Made by a program: the position numbers and the translations under genes. Below are positions 8,882 through 19,206 of a stretch of 44,588 nt of DNA, in pieces. Within the stretch, counting starts at the first letter, position 1, and every line of letters begins with the position of its first letter. The stretch comes from Patescibacteria group bacterium (GTDB taxonomy: Bacteria > Patescibacteriota > Patescibacteriia > Veblenbacterales > UBA10138): positions 1-44,588 of the forward strand of contig JBDRTU010000052.1 of the NCBI GenBank assembly GCA_043823825.1. Direction: 5' to 3'. The notes under the pieces were generated by a model. That model was not told the DNA's origin and did not search any database. It saw only the letters and a program-made list of their open reading frames with translations.

Positions 8882-11107
8882 ATGTCAGAAGTAAAAAACT
8901 TCAGCCTGGAGGTGGCTGGTAAAAAGCTAACGATAGAGACTGGCAAGTTAGCTAATCAAGCGCATGGCAGTTGTACCGTACAATATGGTGATACGGAAGT
9001 TTTGGCTACAGTAGTACAAGCTCCAGAGCCACGTGAGGGAATTGATTATTTCCCTTTGCTTGTAGATTATGAGGAGCGCTTATACGCGGCTGGTAAAATT
9101 AAAGGTTCGCGTTTTATTAAACGTGAAGGGCGTCCTACTGACGAAGCAATCCTAACAGCGCGTATGATTGATCGTTCGATCAGACCTCTCTTTCGTGATA
9201 CTGAACGCAAAGACGTACAAGTGATTGTTACTGTTTTGTCAGTTGATCATGAAAATGACCCCGACATCCCTTCGCTCTTGGCTGCGTCCTTGGCGCTAGG
9301 AATTTCTGCCGTACCTTGGAATGGTCCGATTGCCGCTATTAGAGTTGGTCGTATTAATAATGAATGGGTGTTAAATCCTTCTTACGAAGCAAGATCTAAA
9401 AGTGATTTAGATCTAGTAATAACTGGTACCCCAACAGAAGTAGTAATGATTGAGGGGCAAGCTAAAGAAACTGATGAAAAAACTGTGAGTGAAGCAATTG
9501 AATTTGGTCACAAATATTTAAGTACGATGGCGCCCTTCCTACAAGAAATTATTAAAAAGGTTGGCACTACTAAAATAACAACTAACGAAGAGATTGATAC
9601 TGAAACTATGGCAAAGCTAAAACAAAAAGTTACCGCGGTGCTGGATCCTAAAATTAAGGATTTATTCCATAACACTACTCGCCAAGAATATCATCAGAAA
9701 ATTGCTAGCATCAAACAAGAATTAGATAAGGTCTTAAAGCAAGATAATAAAGTATCTAAAGAGGAACGGACGCAGGGCCTTAAATTCTTTGAAGAAACTT
9801 TAGATTCCGAAGCGCGACAACTAGTCCTAAATAAAAAAGTTAGGGTAGACGGGCGTAAACCTAATGAATTACGGCCCATAGAGGCGGCGGTTGGTATATT
9901 GCCTCGTACTCACGGCTCTGGTCTATTTCAACGTGGTGAAACACAAATATTATCAATAGTTACACTCGCCTCGCCTTCGGCTGAGCAAACATTAGATGGT
10001 ATGGAAGAAGAGGGTAAAAAACGTTATATGCACCATTATAATTTTCCCGGATTTTCAGTGGGAGAGGTAGCACCAGTTCGCTCGCCTGGCCGCCGAGAAA
10101 TTGGGCATGGGGCATTAGCAGAAAAAGCCTTACTACCAGTACTGCCTGATAAAGAACAATTTCCTTATACCATCCGAGTAGTTTCAGAAGTTTTATCCTC
10201 TAATGGTTCTTCATCGCAAGCATCAATTTGTGGATCCAGTTTGGCGCTGATGGACGCTGGTGTTCCTATTGCTCGTGCCGTAGCTGGAGTGGCAATGGGC
10301 TTGCTAACAGATCCTCAGGATAAATCACACTACACTATACTTACAGACATTCAAGGTATTGAAGACCACGCCGGTGATATGGATTTTAAAATCGCCGGTA
10401 CCAACAAAGGTATCACTGCTATCCAATTAGATATTAAACTAGGAGGTCTTTCCATAAAAATTCTGAATGAGGCAATTACCCAAGCCAAAGAAACGCGCTT
10501 AGAAATTTTAAAAACTATGACTCAAGCTATTGCCGAACCGCGAGCCGATCTTTCCCCTTATGCGCCGCGCATTACTTCTTTCCGTATTCCACCAGATAAA
10601 ATCCGCTCGGTTATTGGTCCGGGTGGTAAGGTAATTAATGAAATTATTGACGCTACTAATGTTCAGATTGATATTGAGGATGACGGCTTGGTAATGGTAA
10701 CAGCCGTCAACCCCGAAGCGGCGACTAAAGCGGTAGAATGGATTAAAAATCTTACTCGTGAAGTAGTAGTGGGTGAAGTGTTTCAGGGCAAAGTAACGCG
10801 TTTAATGAATTTTGGCGCTTTTGTGGAAGTATTACCCAAACAAGAAGGATTAGTTCATATCTCGGAGCTGGCTTGGCATAGAGTAGATCGGGTTGAAGAT
10901 GTAGTAAAGATTGGTGACATCATTCCAGTTAAAGTAATTGAAATTGATGAGCAAGGTAGAATCAATCTATCACATAAACAAACTTTACCACGTCCCCAAG
11001 GTTTAGAAGAATCTAATAACAATTTTGAGAGACCAGCTCGTAGACAAGACTTTCGCCGCAACAACTCTAGACCACCTAGATCTGGAGTCAATCGTTTCCA
11101 CCATTAG
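8882..11107 (+). CDS. pnp: Polyribonucleotide nucleotidyltransferase
   Basis: RRE(I)GHG, SNGSSS, GDMDFK, KH and S1 domains. Confidence 0.98.
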   Translation: MSEVKNFSLEVAGKKLTIETGKLANQAHGSCTVQYGDTEVLATVVQAPEPREGIDYFPLLVDYEERLYAAGKIKGSRFIKREGRPTDEAILTARMIDRSIRPLFRDTERKDVQVIVTVLSVDHENDPDIPSLLAASLALGISAVPWNGPIAAIRVGRINNEWVLNPSYEARSKSDLDLVITGTPTEVVMIEGQAKETDEKTVSEAIEFGHKYLSTMAPFLQEIIKKVGTTKITTNEEIDTETMAKLKQKVTAVLDPKIKDLFHNTTRQEYHQKIASIKQELDKVLKQDNKVSKEERTQGLKFFEETLDSEARQLVLNKKVRVDGRKPNELRPIEAAVGILPRTHGSGLFQRGETQILSIVTLASPSAEQTLDGMEEEGKKRYMHHYNFPGFSVGEVAPVRSPGRREIGHGALAEKALLPVLPDKEQFPYTIRVVSEVLSSNGSSSQASICGSSLALMDAGVPIARAVAGVAMGLLTDPQDKSHYTILTDIQGIEDHAGDMDFKIAGTNKGITAIQLDIKLGGLSIKILNEAITQAKETRLEILKTMTQAIAEPRADLSPYAPRITSFRIPPDKIRSVIGPGGKVINEIIDATNVQIDIEDDGLVMVTAVNPEAATKAVEWIKNLTREVVVGEVFQGKVTRLMNFGAFVEVLPKQEGLVHISELAWHRVDRVEDVVKIGDIIPVKVIEIDEQGRINLSHKQTLPRPQGLEESNNNFERPARRQDFRRNNSRPPRSGVNRFHH

Positions 11108-11198
11108 CTAAAACAGATTTTTATTTAACTTGATAGTTTGTAAATAGACTATTGAACACCATTATTCATAGGGCCGAAGTTCCAAAAAGATGATTAAC

Positions 11199-11207
11199 TG
11201 TGGATAA
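11199..11207 (-). promoter_or_regulatory. Perfect DnaA box
   Basis: TGTGGATAA is the reverse complement of TTATCCACA; one-mismatch copy at 11335-11343. Confidence 0.4.
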
Positions 11208-11291
11208 TTTGTCTAAAACTAATATAGTGAGCACATGCAGTGTTCAGCTACATACTTATTTTTTTGCTTTATTTAAGCCAAAAACAGTATA

Positions 11292-11320
11292 TTGACTAGA
11301 TTTCAAAAATATGATATATT
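11292..11320 (+). promoter_or_regulatory. Sigma70-type promoter
   Basis: TTGACT-17 bp-TATATT with extended TGn. Confidence 0.6.
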
Positions 11321-11326
11321 GTAATT

Positions 11327-11729
11327 GACTAAGATGTGGATATTTAAAAAGGATGAAATTTGCTAGTAGATAAAAGGGTGTGGGCTAAAAAATTTATTAA
11401 CCATTTGGCCCAAACCCCTTTCTCTACTGTTCTATTGTCAGTATGGTCTGACCCTCACTTAAGACCAACCTAACAGTAGAAACAAAAACAAAAAGGCGGG
11501 ATACAATATTTACTTGTGTTCCGACCATAGGAATGGTAGGGAACAACGCGTGATTAGTAGTTTAACAACTAGGTGAGGATTACGCCCCTAAGGTGTTTGA
11601 GGATACATTCTTTCCTAATTTTCCCTGAATCGGAAGATTAAGAAGGTAGCGCAAACGCCGTATAACGGGGCGATGCGCTCAATAATTCAATTTGCTTAAC
11701 ATAGCGGGGCGTTCATCGCCCCGCTTTTT
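11327..11729 (+). ncRNA. Candidate structured non-coding RNA of about 400 nt, family unknown
   Basis: Bounded by a promoter and a terminator, no sizeable ORF, consecutive GU-containing hairpins. Confidence 0.45.
11703..11729 (+). terminator. Intrinsic terminator
   Basis: AGCGGGGCG-TTCAT-CGCCCCGCT-TTTT. Confidence 0.85.
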
Positions 11730-11855
11730 GTTTATTAAAAATGTGTATTAACTGCCGCAAGGACAAAATTGTTTGACAGCCCAAACTATGCTATAATCGA
11801 GGCGTCCCTCTTTTTTAGAGTTTTATTTTAGGTTTTGGTTTTTATCAGAATATTT

Positions 11856-12227
11856 ATGAATAAGAAACTGATACAAGAACTAAAAAAAGTATTAGAACAG
11901 CAGAAAAAAAAGTTAGAGGAGGAATTGAAAGGTTTTGCTGATAGTAGTGCTAAAACGCATGGCGGCTTTGCAACTTCCTTCCCCCAGTATGGTGATAAAG
12001 AAGACGAAAATGCTGCCGAGGTTGCTACCTTCACTGATAACCTATCTTTAGAAAAAACCCTAGAACGAAATTTAACTGATGTGAAGCAAGCCTTGGTTAG
12101 GATCAAAAAGGAATCCTATGGTATTTGTAAATACTGTAATCAAGAAATTAGTGAAGGGCGTCTACGAGCGCGGCCAGAATCTGGCTCTTGTATAAGTTGT
12201 AAAAGCAAGCAATTGGCCAAAAAATAA
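11856..12227 (+). CDS. TraR/DksA C4 zinc-finger protein
   Basis: YGICKYC...RLRARP...CISC; ATG at 11856. Confidence 0.9.
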   Translation: MNKKLIQELKKVLEQQKKKLEEELKGFADSSAKTHGGFATSFPQYGDKEDENAAEVATFTDNLSLEKTLERNLTDVKQALVRIKKESYGICKYCNQEISEGRLRARPESGSCISCKSKQLAKK

Positions 12228-12667
12228 TGTTGCCCAAAAACTACTTTATTTGGTTAGTAATAATTTTTGTTTTGTTTATTATTGATCGAATAACTAAAGA
12301 ATTAGTAATATTATTAAACCCTGCTAGTGAGGGATTTTTTTATTTCAGTTATCAACCTAATACTAATTTGGTATTTGGTTTACCATTACCAGCTTGGCTA
12401 ATATTACTAATTAGCTTCCTCGCCTTAATTATAGTTGCCCATTTAATAATGCAAGCTTTTAATAAACAGCAAGAGCGCCTAGTGGTAGCTGCGTCTTTTT
12501 TAATGATTGGCGGTATTAGTAATTTTTACGATCGTTTGACTGGGGGGCGGGTAATTGATTTTATTCATCTTTGGATTTTTCCAGTATTCAATCTGGCTGA
12601 TTTATATTTACTAATTGGCCTAATTCTATTGCTAAAGTTAGCCAAAAAGGGGATTTATGCCAGCTAA
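12227..12667 (+). CDS. lspA: Lipoprotein signal peptidase II
   Basis: DRITK, GGISNFYDR, VIDFI, VFNLAD. Confidence 0.9.
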   Translation: MLPKNYFIWLVIIFVLFIIDRITKELVILLNPASEGFFYFSYQPNTNLVFGLPLPAWLILLISFLALIIVAHLIMQAFNKQQERLVVAASFLMIGGISNFYDRLTGGRVIDFIHLWIFPVFNLADLYLLIGLILLLKLAKKGIYAS

Positions 12668-14177
12668 AGTTTTTACTGCCGCTATTATCGGTTTAGCCAG
12701 CTCGATTGTTGAAGTAGAAGCTGATTTATCATCACAGTTGCCTGGTATCTTTATTGTTGGTTTACCTGATAAAGCAGTGGAAGAAGCACGAGAAAGGGTG
12801 CGCTCTGCTTTAAAAAATTCCGGGCTGTCCTTTCCGCGCAACAAAGTAACAGTAAATTTAGCTCCCGCGGATCTTAAAAAAGAGGGCTCGGCCTATGACT
12901 TACCAATCGCTATTGCTTTATTAGTTGCGTCAGGGCAACTGGCGCCGGCCAGCACTCTAAATAATAGCTTGTTCTTAGGGGAATTATCGCTCGATGGTAA
13001 ACTACGTCCTATTCCCGGCGCTCTGGCAGTTGCCCGATCGTGCCAACAAAGCAATTTCCGGGATCTGTATGTACCAAAAGCTAATGCCGCAGAAGCAGCT
13101 TTGGTAGAAGGGGTAAGTGTCTATGCGATAGACAGTTTGTCTGATCTTTTAGCCCACCTAACTAATCAACAATTACTAACTCCGCAAAACAAAACTAACT
13201 TACCATCTCACTTTACCGAGAATGTTACTGATCTAGCTGACATTAAAGGACAAGAACAAGCCAAGCGAGCTTTAGAAATTGCTGCCGCCGGAGGCCACAA
13301 TATATTATTTTCTGGACCACCAGGTACTGGAAAAACCTTGTTAGCCAAAGCTTTGGCTGGGATACTCCCGCCACTATCGCGAGAAGAAGTTTTAGAAGTA
13401 ACGGAAATCTATAGTGTTACTGGATTACTTAAACCGGGCGAAGTCGCTAAAGTGAACAGGCCAATTCGTACTCCTCACCATACTGCTTCTGATATTGCTT
13501 TAGTGGGAGGTGGTTCTAATCCCCGCCCCGGAGAAATCTCTTTAGCTCATCGTGGTGTATTATTTTTAGACGAAATTGCTGAATTTTCCCGATCAGTACT
13601 AGAAAATTTGCGCCAACCATTAGAAGCGGGGCGTATTATAGTTTCGCGAGCAGCGGGAAGTGTTTCCTTCCCGGCAAAATTTACTTTAGTGGCTGCCATG
13701 AATCCCTGTCCTTGTGGATTTGCTGGTGATCCGGAAAAAGCCTGTACCTGTACACCTTCTATTATTTGGCGTTACCAACGAAAACTGTCAGGCCCGCTCC
13801 TTGACCGCTTTGATTTACATGTAGAGGTACCGCGCGTGCCTTTTGATAAACTTACTAGTGGTAACAGCGAACCTTCACGAATAGCGCAACAACGAGTATT
13901 CCAAGCCCGACTCAAACAACATCAACGTTTTAGTAAATACGATTACCAAATCAATTCGGAAATGGACTTAAAAGGTATTAAAGAATTCGGACAACTAACT
14001 GACCCTGCTCTAGAATTACTACGCCAGGCGGTAAATAAATTCCATTTATCCGCTCGAGTATACCACCGCATGATTAAAGTGGCTCGCACTATTGCCGACC
14101 TGGCGGACGAGGACACTATTGCCATAGAGCATTTAGCTGAAGCACTACAGTACCGTCCCCGAGCTATTCAAGTTTAA
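12657..14177 (+). CDS. comM: YifB/ComM Mg-chelatase-like AAA ATPase
   Basis: VGLPDKAVEE, GPPGTGKT, PHHTAS, AAMNPCPCG, LSGPLLDR. Confidence 0.92.
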   Translation: MPAKVFTAAIIGLASSIVEVEADLSSQLPGIFIVGLPDKAVEEARERVRSALKNSGLSFPRNKVTVNLAPADLKKEGSAYDLPIAIALLVASGQLAPASTLNNSLFLGELSLDGKLRPIPGALAVARSCQQSNFRDLYVPKANAAEAALVEGVSVYAIDSLSDLLAHLTNQQLLTPQNKTNLPSHFTENVTDLADIKGQEQAKRALEIAAAGGHNILFSGPPGTGKTLLAKALAGILPPLSREEVLEVTEIYSVTGLLKPGEVAKVNRPIRTPHHTASDIALVGGGSNPRPGEISLAHRGVLFLDEIAEFSRSVLENLRQPLEAGRIIVSRAAGSVSFPAKFTLVAAMNPCPCGFAGDPEKACTCTPSIIWRYQRKLSGPLLDRFDLHVEVPRVPFDKLTSGNSEPSRIAQQRVFQARLKQHQRFSKYDYQINSEMDLKGIKEFGQLTDPALELLRQAVNKFHLSARVYHRMIKVARTIADLADEDTIAIEHLAEALQYRPRAIQV

Positions 14178-16013
14178 CTATTTGCTGGCCAGCTTAGTAA
14201 CTGCTTTCAAAATAGCCTTAGTTCCAATATTTTCGTAATCTAATAATTGCTGCGGGGTGCCGCTTTTTGGTTGCTTCCAAACTGCTAGCGACACGATTTT
14301 TATTTTATATGGCCCCAAGGCAGCTGCTACTGCCTCACCCAAGCCGCCAGCGGGACGGTGATCTTCTACTGTTAAAATAAATTTAGTTTGCTTGGCACAT
14401 TTTAGTAATGTTTTTTTATCTAACGGCTGAATGCTATACAAATCCACTACCCTCACCACGACGCCTTTCTTTTTAAGTTGATCTGCTGCATCAAGTGCCT
14501 GATATAATGTTACGCCAGCAGACACAATTGTACCAACATCTTTATTAGATTGTCGCACCACCTTACTTCCACCAAGTATAAATTTTTCTGTTGATTGATA
14601 CAAAACTTTAGTTTTGCCTCGGGTGGTGCGAATATAAACTAGGCCGCGAGTGCTGGCCGCTAACTCTACCAATCGTTCGCAAGAGACAGCATCGGCTGGA
14701 TAAAATATTTTGGCTTCAGGCAATGTGCGGAACATTGCCAAATCTTCTAACCCCATTTGCGAAGGTCCATCAGCGCCAATTGATACGCCGGCATGCGAGC
14801 CCACGAATTTAATATCGGCGTCAGCATACTGGCTCATTCTAATCTGATCAAAGGCTCTGGTAAAAAAAGCAGAAAAGGTTGAAACAAAAGGAATTTGGCC
14901 AACACGTGCTAAGCCCACTGCGGCGCCAACCATATTTTGCTCAGCAATAAACATTTCTAAAAATCTCTTAGGATATTTTTTAGCAAAAATTTGTGCATTA
15001 GTTGAATTACTAACCTCAGCATCAAGTGCAGCTATTTGTGGCCATTGTGGATATATTCTTACCAAAGCACTGCCATAAGCTTCTCGGGTAGCTACTAAGT
15101 CACCAAGTTTATATTTTGGTGCCGCTATTGGTTTTTTATTTAAAGACGGCAATACGCGCTGATTTGGTTCACTAACCTGTCCGCGCACTTTAAAATCCAG
15201 CGCGCCTAAATCCTTAACAGCCTTTTTAAATTCTGCCGGTTTCAAAGCCCTGCCATGCCATCCTAGTTTATTCTCAATTAACTTTATACCTCTGCCTTTT
15301 ACAGTGCGAGCAATAATGGCAAAAGGGCGATTAGTATTTTTTAAAGCTAATTTATAAGCTTTAAGTATCTCGGGCCAAGAATGACCATCAATAACCACAT
15401 TTCTCCACCCTAAAACAGTTAGCCGTCTTTGGTAGGCCTTTAGATTATACCCATACATAGTTGGCCCACGCTGACCCAGACGATTTACATCAATAATTGC
15501 CACTAAATTACAAAGCTTATAGTAACTCGCTAGCTGAAGAGCCTCCCAAACCGAGCCCTCACTCATTTCACTGTCACCTAATAAAACATAAGTTCTGTAT
15601 GAAAGATTAGTTAAGTATTTAGCAGATAAAGCCATACCTAAACCAATAGATAACCCTTGCCCTAAAGAACCAGTAGCTGCTTCGGTATAAGGAAAGGTCA
15701 TAGTGGGATGTCCTTCCAAAGGACTGTTAAACTGTCTTAGTTTTTTTAATTGCTTTAGTGTTAAAACTCCAGACAACGCCCATAAAGAATAAAACAAAGG
15801 GGCAGCATGTCCTTTAGAAAAAATTAGTCGGTCATTATTATTGTATCCTGGTTGATTAACCCGATATTTAAAAAAGCCACCAAAACAAAGGCCAACCATC
15901 AGATCAGCCGAAGACAAGCATGAACTAAGGTGACCTGATTGAGCAGCAGTAGTGGATACTAAACTATAGTAACGCGCTAAGCGACTTAGTTTTTCTAAGT
16001 TAATTTCTACCAT
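14178..16013 (-). CDS. tkt: Transketolase
   Basis: SKGHAAP, GSLGQG, LGDSEMSEG, IAEQNM, GADGPSQ. Confidence 0.95.
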   Translation of the reverse strand: MVEINLEKLSRLARYYSLVSTTAAQSGHLSSCLSSADLMVGLCFGGFFKYRVNQPGYNNNDRLIFSKGHAAPLFYSLWALSGVLTLKQLKKLRQFNSPLEGHPTMTFPYTEAATGSLGQGLSIGLGMALSAKYLTNLSYRTYVLLGDSEMSEGSVWEALQLASYYKLCNLVAIIDVNRLGQRGPTMYGYNLKAYQRRLTVLGWRNVVIDGHSWPEILKAYKLALKNTNRPFAIIARTVKGRGIKLIENKLGWHGRALKPAEFKKAVKDLGALDFKVRGQVSEPNQRVLPSLNKKPIAAPKYKLGDLVATREAYGSALVRIYPQWPQIAALDAEVSNSTNAQIFAKKYPKRFLEMFIAEQNMVGAAVGLARVGQIPFVSTFSAFFTRAFDQIRMSQYADADIKFVGSHAGVSIGADGPSQMGLEDLAMFRTLPEAKIFYPADAVSCERLVELAASTRGLVYIRTTRGKTKVLYQSTEKFILGGSKVVRQSNKDVGTIVSAGVTLYQALDAADQLKKKGVVVRVVDLYSIQPLDKKTLLKCAKQTKFILTVEDHRPAGGLGEAVAAALGPYKIKIVSLAVWKQPKSGTPQQLLDYENIGTKAILKAVTKLASK

Positions 16014-17100
16014 AATTACTTAACTGTTCTAATGCTTTTTTCTTGTTGTCTTGAGAAAAAATAGCACTATTGGCTATAACACGATCGGCGCCTGCCGCTG
16101 CCACTGCTACTACTGTTACTGGATTTACCCCACCATCAACTACCACTGTCAAGCTTGGTCGCCATTCTTTTAATTTAACTACTTTATTTAAAGCTTCAGA
16201 TCTAAATTGCTGTGCAGCAAAACCAGCTTTAACCCCCATTACCAGCACTAGATCAACCTGCCGCAGATATTTTTTAACACGAGTTACGGGTGTATTAATA
16301 TTAATTGCTAACCCAATTTGTAATTTTAATTTTTTTATCCGCTTAATAGTGAGGGGTAAATTTTTGGTTTCTAGCTGAACAATTACTCTTATAAATCCAC
16401 CTGCCAAAGCTGGCTTAAGATACAATAAAGGTTTAGTCACCATTAAATGCAGTTCCTTTTTTGCTTTAATTTTTAATTGTGACATTTGAGCCAAGTTTAG
16501 AAAAGTCGTATTGGGCACTAAAGTGTTATCAGCTAAATCAATATGCAGCCATGACGTATAATTAGCAACGGAGTTAATACGCTTTTTAACTTGTGCTAAA
16601 GATTTTTCTAAAATACCTGGCGTTACTTCAATTTGCCCATGTTCTGCCCGTTCAATCTGGCGCAAGCGACGTTGATGCCGCGAGTGTTTACTTGTTTCGG
16701 TCTTAAGCCAAGTCTGAATTACTGCTTTAATTTGCGAATCAGACAAAAAATCCTGCCCTAAAGTTAAAATATTAGAATGATTATGTTGCCGAGCATAGCG
16801 TGCCATTTGAGGAGTAAATGCTTCCACTGCTCTTATCCCTTTTACTTTATTGGCGACTATGGTCATACCGCCGCCTGATCGGCAAAATAAAATACCGAGA
16901 GCCGAACCATTTTTCGCTTGCGCTACCCTCCTGGCAGTTAGTAAAGCAAAAAGCGGATAATCATCATCCGCCAGCCGACGATAACTCCCCATATCAATAA
17001 CCGCATAATTGGTATTCTCCAACCATAGCTTAATTTTTTGTTTAAGCTGAAAGCCACCGTGATCGCTTCCTAGCACGATAGTTTTATTGGAGCGCTTCAT
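16000..17100 (-). CDS. Fused ribose-5-phosphate isomerase B / ribulose-phosphate 3-epimerase
   Basis: N-terminal GSDHGG, DDDYP, CRSGGG, ARQHNH; C-terminal HIDLAD, ELHLMV, VMGVKAG, VDGGVN. Confidence 0.9.
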   Translation of the reverse strand: MKRSNKTIVLGSDHGGFQLKQKIKLWLENTNYAVIDMGSYRRLADDDYPLFALLTARRVAQAKNGSALGILFCRSGGGMTIVANKVKGIRAVEAFTPQMARYARQHNHSNILTLGQDFLSDSQIKAVIQTWLKTETSKHSRHQRRLRQIERAEHGQIEVTPGILEKSLAQVKKRINSVANYTSWLHIDLADNTLVPNTTFLNLAQMSQLKIKAKKELHLMVTKPLLYLKPALAGGFIRVIVQLETKNLPLTIKRIKKLKLQIGLAININTPVTRVKKYLRQVDLVLVMGVKAGFAAQQFRSEALNKVVKLKEWRPSLTVVVDGGVNPVTVVAVAAAGADRVIANSAIFSQDNKKKALEQLSNYGRN

Positions 17101-17153
17101 AACTAAACTTTACCACAATCAAGCGCCAAGGCGCTACTTAATAATAGTAAATT

Positions 17154-17789
17154 TTATACTTCAAATTGAGCCACTGATTCTAAATCGAAAAATTTCACTC
17201 CCAATGGCGATAAGACTTTTGGCGGCAATTTATGAGCCGACCCCCAATGCTTTAACATACCATCATGTATAGGAAAACAAACTTTTGGCTTAATCACTTT
17301 AGCATAATCTAAAGTCTCAGCTATTTTCATCCAAGGACCGGCCACTGGCAAAGCGAGAACTTCTACTGGTTTAGGCGGTTGGTAAAAAGTATCGCCAGGA
17401 TAAAATAATCTATCGGCAATGAAATAACTAGTATTAATAACTTGAGGAACAATATGATAAATCGGAGTATGCTTCTCTCCCCATCCTTTTATGACCACGC
17501 CTTTCACAGTTTGGTTTTGTTTATGTTCTAATAATTGATAAGTGATCTGCTCTTGTCCTAAAATTCTACCCACACCTTTATTAGTAAAAACTAATGCTGA
17601 TGGATTATTGATTAAGACCGTCTTTAATGACTCCGTATGCAGGTGATCGGGGTGTTCATGAGTAATTAAAATTACATCAATGCCCGTTACCTGATTTTGA
17701 GCCATGGTGTAATCTCCGGGATCGGTTAAAATCTTTAAACTACCCTCTTCTACCACTAAACAACAGTGCCCTAATTTAGTTATTTTCAT
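17154..17789 (-). CDS. MBL-fold metallo-hydrolase
   Basis: GHCC, THEHPDH, YPGD, PIHDG. Confidence 0.9.
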   Translation of the reverse strand: MKITKLGHCCLVVEEGSLKILTDPGDYTMAQNQVTGIDVILITHEHPDHLHTESLKTVLINNPSALVFTNKGVGRILGQEQITYQLLEHKQNQTVKGVVIKGWGEKHTPIYHIVPQVINTSYFIADRLFYPGDTFYQPPKPVEVLALPVAGPWMKIAETLDYAKVIKPKVCFPIHDGMLKHWGSAHKLPPKVLSPLGVKFFDLESVAQFEV

Positions 17790-17797
17790 CTTGCCTG

Positions 17798-19099
17798 TTA
17801 CTTAATATAATTAAGGGGATTTACGCGTTGCCCATTAACATACACTTCAAAATGTAGGTGAGGGCCAGTGGAACGACCAGTTGAACCCATGGTAGCAATT
17901 TGTTGGCCCCGGGCTACCCGGTCACCTGCTGATACTAAATTTTTGGTATTATGGCCATACAAAGTTTTCAAACCCTGCCCATGATCAATAATTATATAGT
18001 TACCATAACCGCCCCGATTCCAACCTGAGGTTTGTACTACCCCATCCTCAGCCGCATAAATAGGAATGCCATAAGCATTAGCCAAATCAACTCCACCGTG
18101 CCGCCAAGAAAAGTACTGGGAAATTCTACGGGTTACAGTTGGCCACAAAAGCTTAGTGTTACTACTTAAATTAGGTGCAATACTAGTAAGCAATGAACTG
18201 CTAGTTGTTTTAGGTGTGGGTGGAACATAGGGCTTACCGCCAGGAATCACTATAATTTGCCCCACTGTTAACTTATTATCAGCTAAATTATTAAATTCGC
18301 TAATTTTATCTACCTCCACCCCATAGCGACTAGCAATACCAGATAAAGTATCTCCCTTAGCTACTCTGTGAGAGACACCACTAGTAGGTAGCACAGTAAG
18401 CTTTTGCCCTATCCGCAAAACACTATAATTAGATAATCGATTCTCCCACAGTAGGGTAGCTAAGGAAACTCCAAATTCAGCAGCAATGGACGATAAAGTA
18501 TCGCCATCTTTCACTATATATTGCTCTGGATCTTGTCTAATGCCTCGCTCGGTGGTAACCAGATGTGGTTTGATTAAGGTACTTCCCTCATCAATGGTGG
18601 CTGTTATGTCTTCATTGGTTAAATCTAAAATTTCACCTTCAGAACGCAAGATCGGCGATGCTATTTCATTGTTAGTTAAAGGGGGTAAAACAGATTCTTC
18701 AATAATAATCTCCAAATCCTCTTCGATTAAAGAATTTAATAAACTGTTCTGACCAAAATCTCCGGCATTAACTTGTCTGATACTAACATTATTTACTATG
18801 ACAAATACTGCAACTGTTAACACTATTATCATTGGCAACCATTGTTGCTGGTTTAATCGCTGGGGCAGAAGAGTTTGACAAAATTGGCGTCGCGCACTAC
18901 GCGTAGAAAGTATTAACTGATAAGGCTTCACTACTAACACTAACCATGACCAGCGCCCAAGTAATTTTGGTCCGCGTCCCAAACTACTAAACGCCTTACT
19001 GAGCCAACGAACAACTAACTTACGAGCTGTCAAAGTATGTAAGCTTAAACGTAATATAATAATATATATTTTTTGTTTAGTGGAATGAGTATTAGACAT
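17798..19099 (-). CDS. LysM-domain M23 family peptidase
   Basis: TM helix, two LysM repeats (GDTLS), HGGVD, LYGH, TGPHLHFEV. Confidence 0.93.
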   Translation of the reverse strand: MSNTHSTKQKIYIIILRLSLHTLTARKLVVRWLSKAFSSLGRGPKLLGRWSWLVLVVKPYQLILSTRSARRQFCQTLLPQRLNQQQWLPMIIVLTVAVFVIVNNVSIRQVNAGDFGQNSLLNSLIEEDLEIIIEESVLPPLTNNEIASPILRSEGEILDLTNEDITATIDEGSTLIKPHLVTTERGIRQDPEQYIVKDGDTLSSIAAEFGVSLATLLWENRLSNYSVLRIGQKLTVLPTSGVSHRVAKGDTLSGIASRYGVEVDKISEFNNLADNKLTVGQIIVIPGGKPYVPPTPKTTSSSLLTSIAPNLSSNTKLLWPTVTRRISQYFSWRHGGVDLANAYGIPIYAAEDGVVQTSGWNRGGYGNYIIIDHGQGLKTLYGHNTKNLVSAGDRVARGQQIATMGSTGRSTGPHLHFEVYVNGQRVNPLNYIK

Positions 19100-19206
19100 T
19101 ATCTAAGTGATTACCAGACTAACAAACTATAATCTCCCAGTCAATCATGGAAGTTAGATTAATTAATAAAAAAGCCCTACCTTTGAGTACTGGTTAATAA
19201 CCAAAT

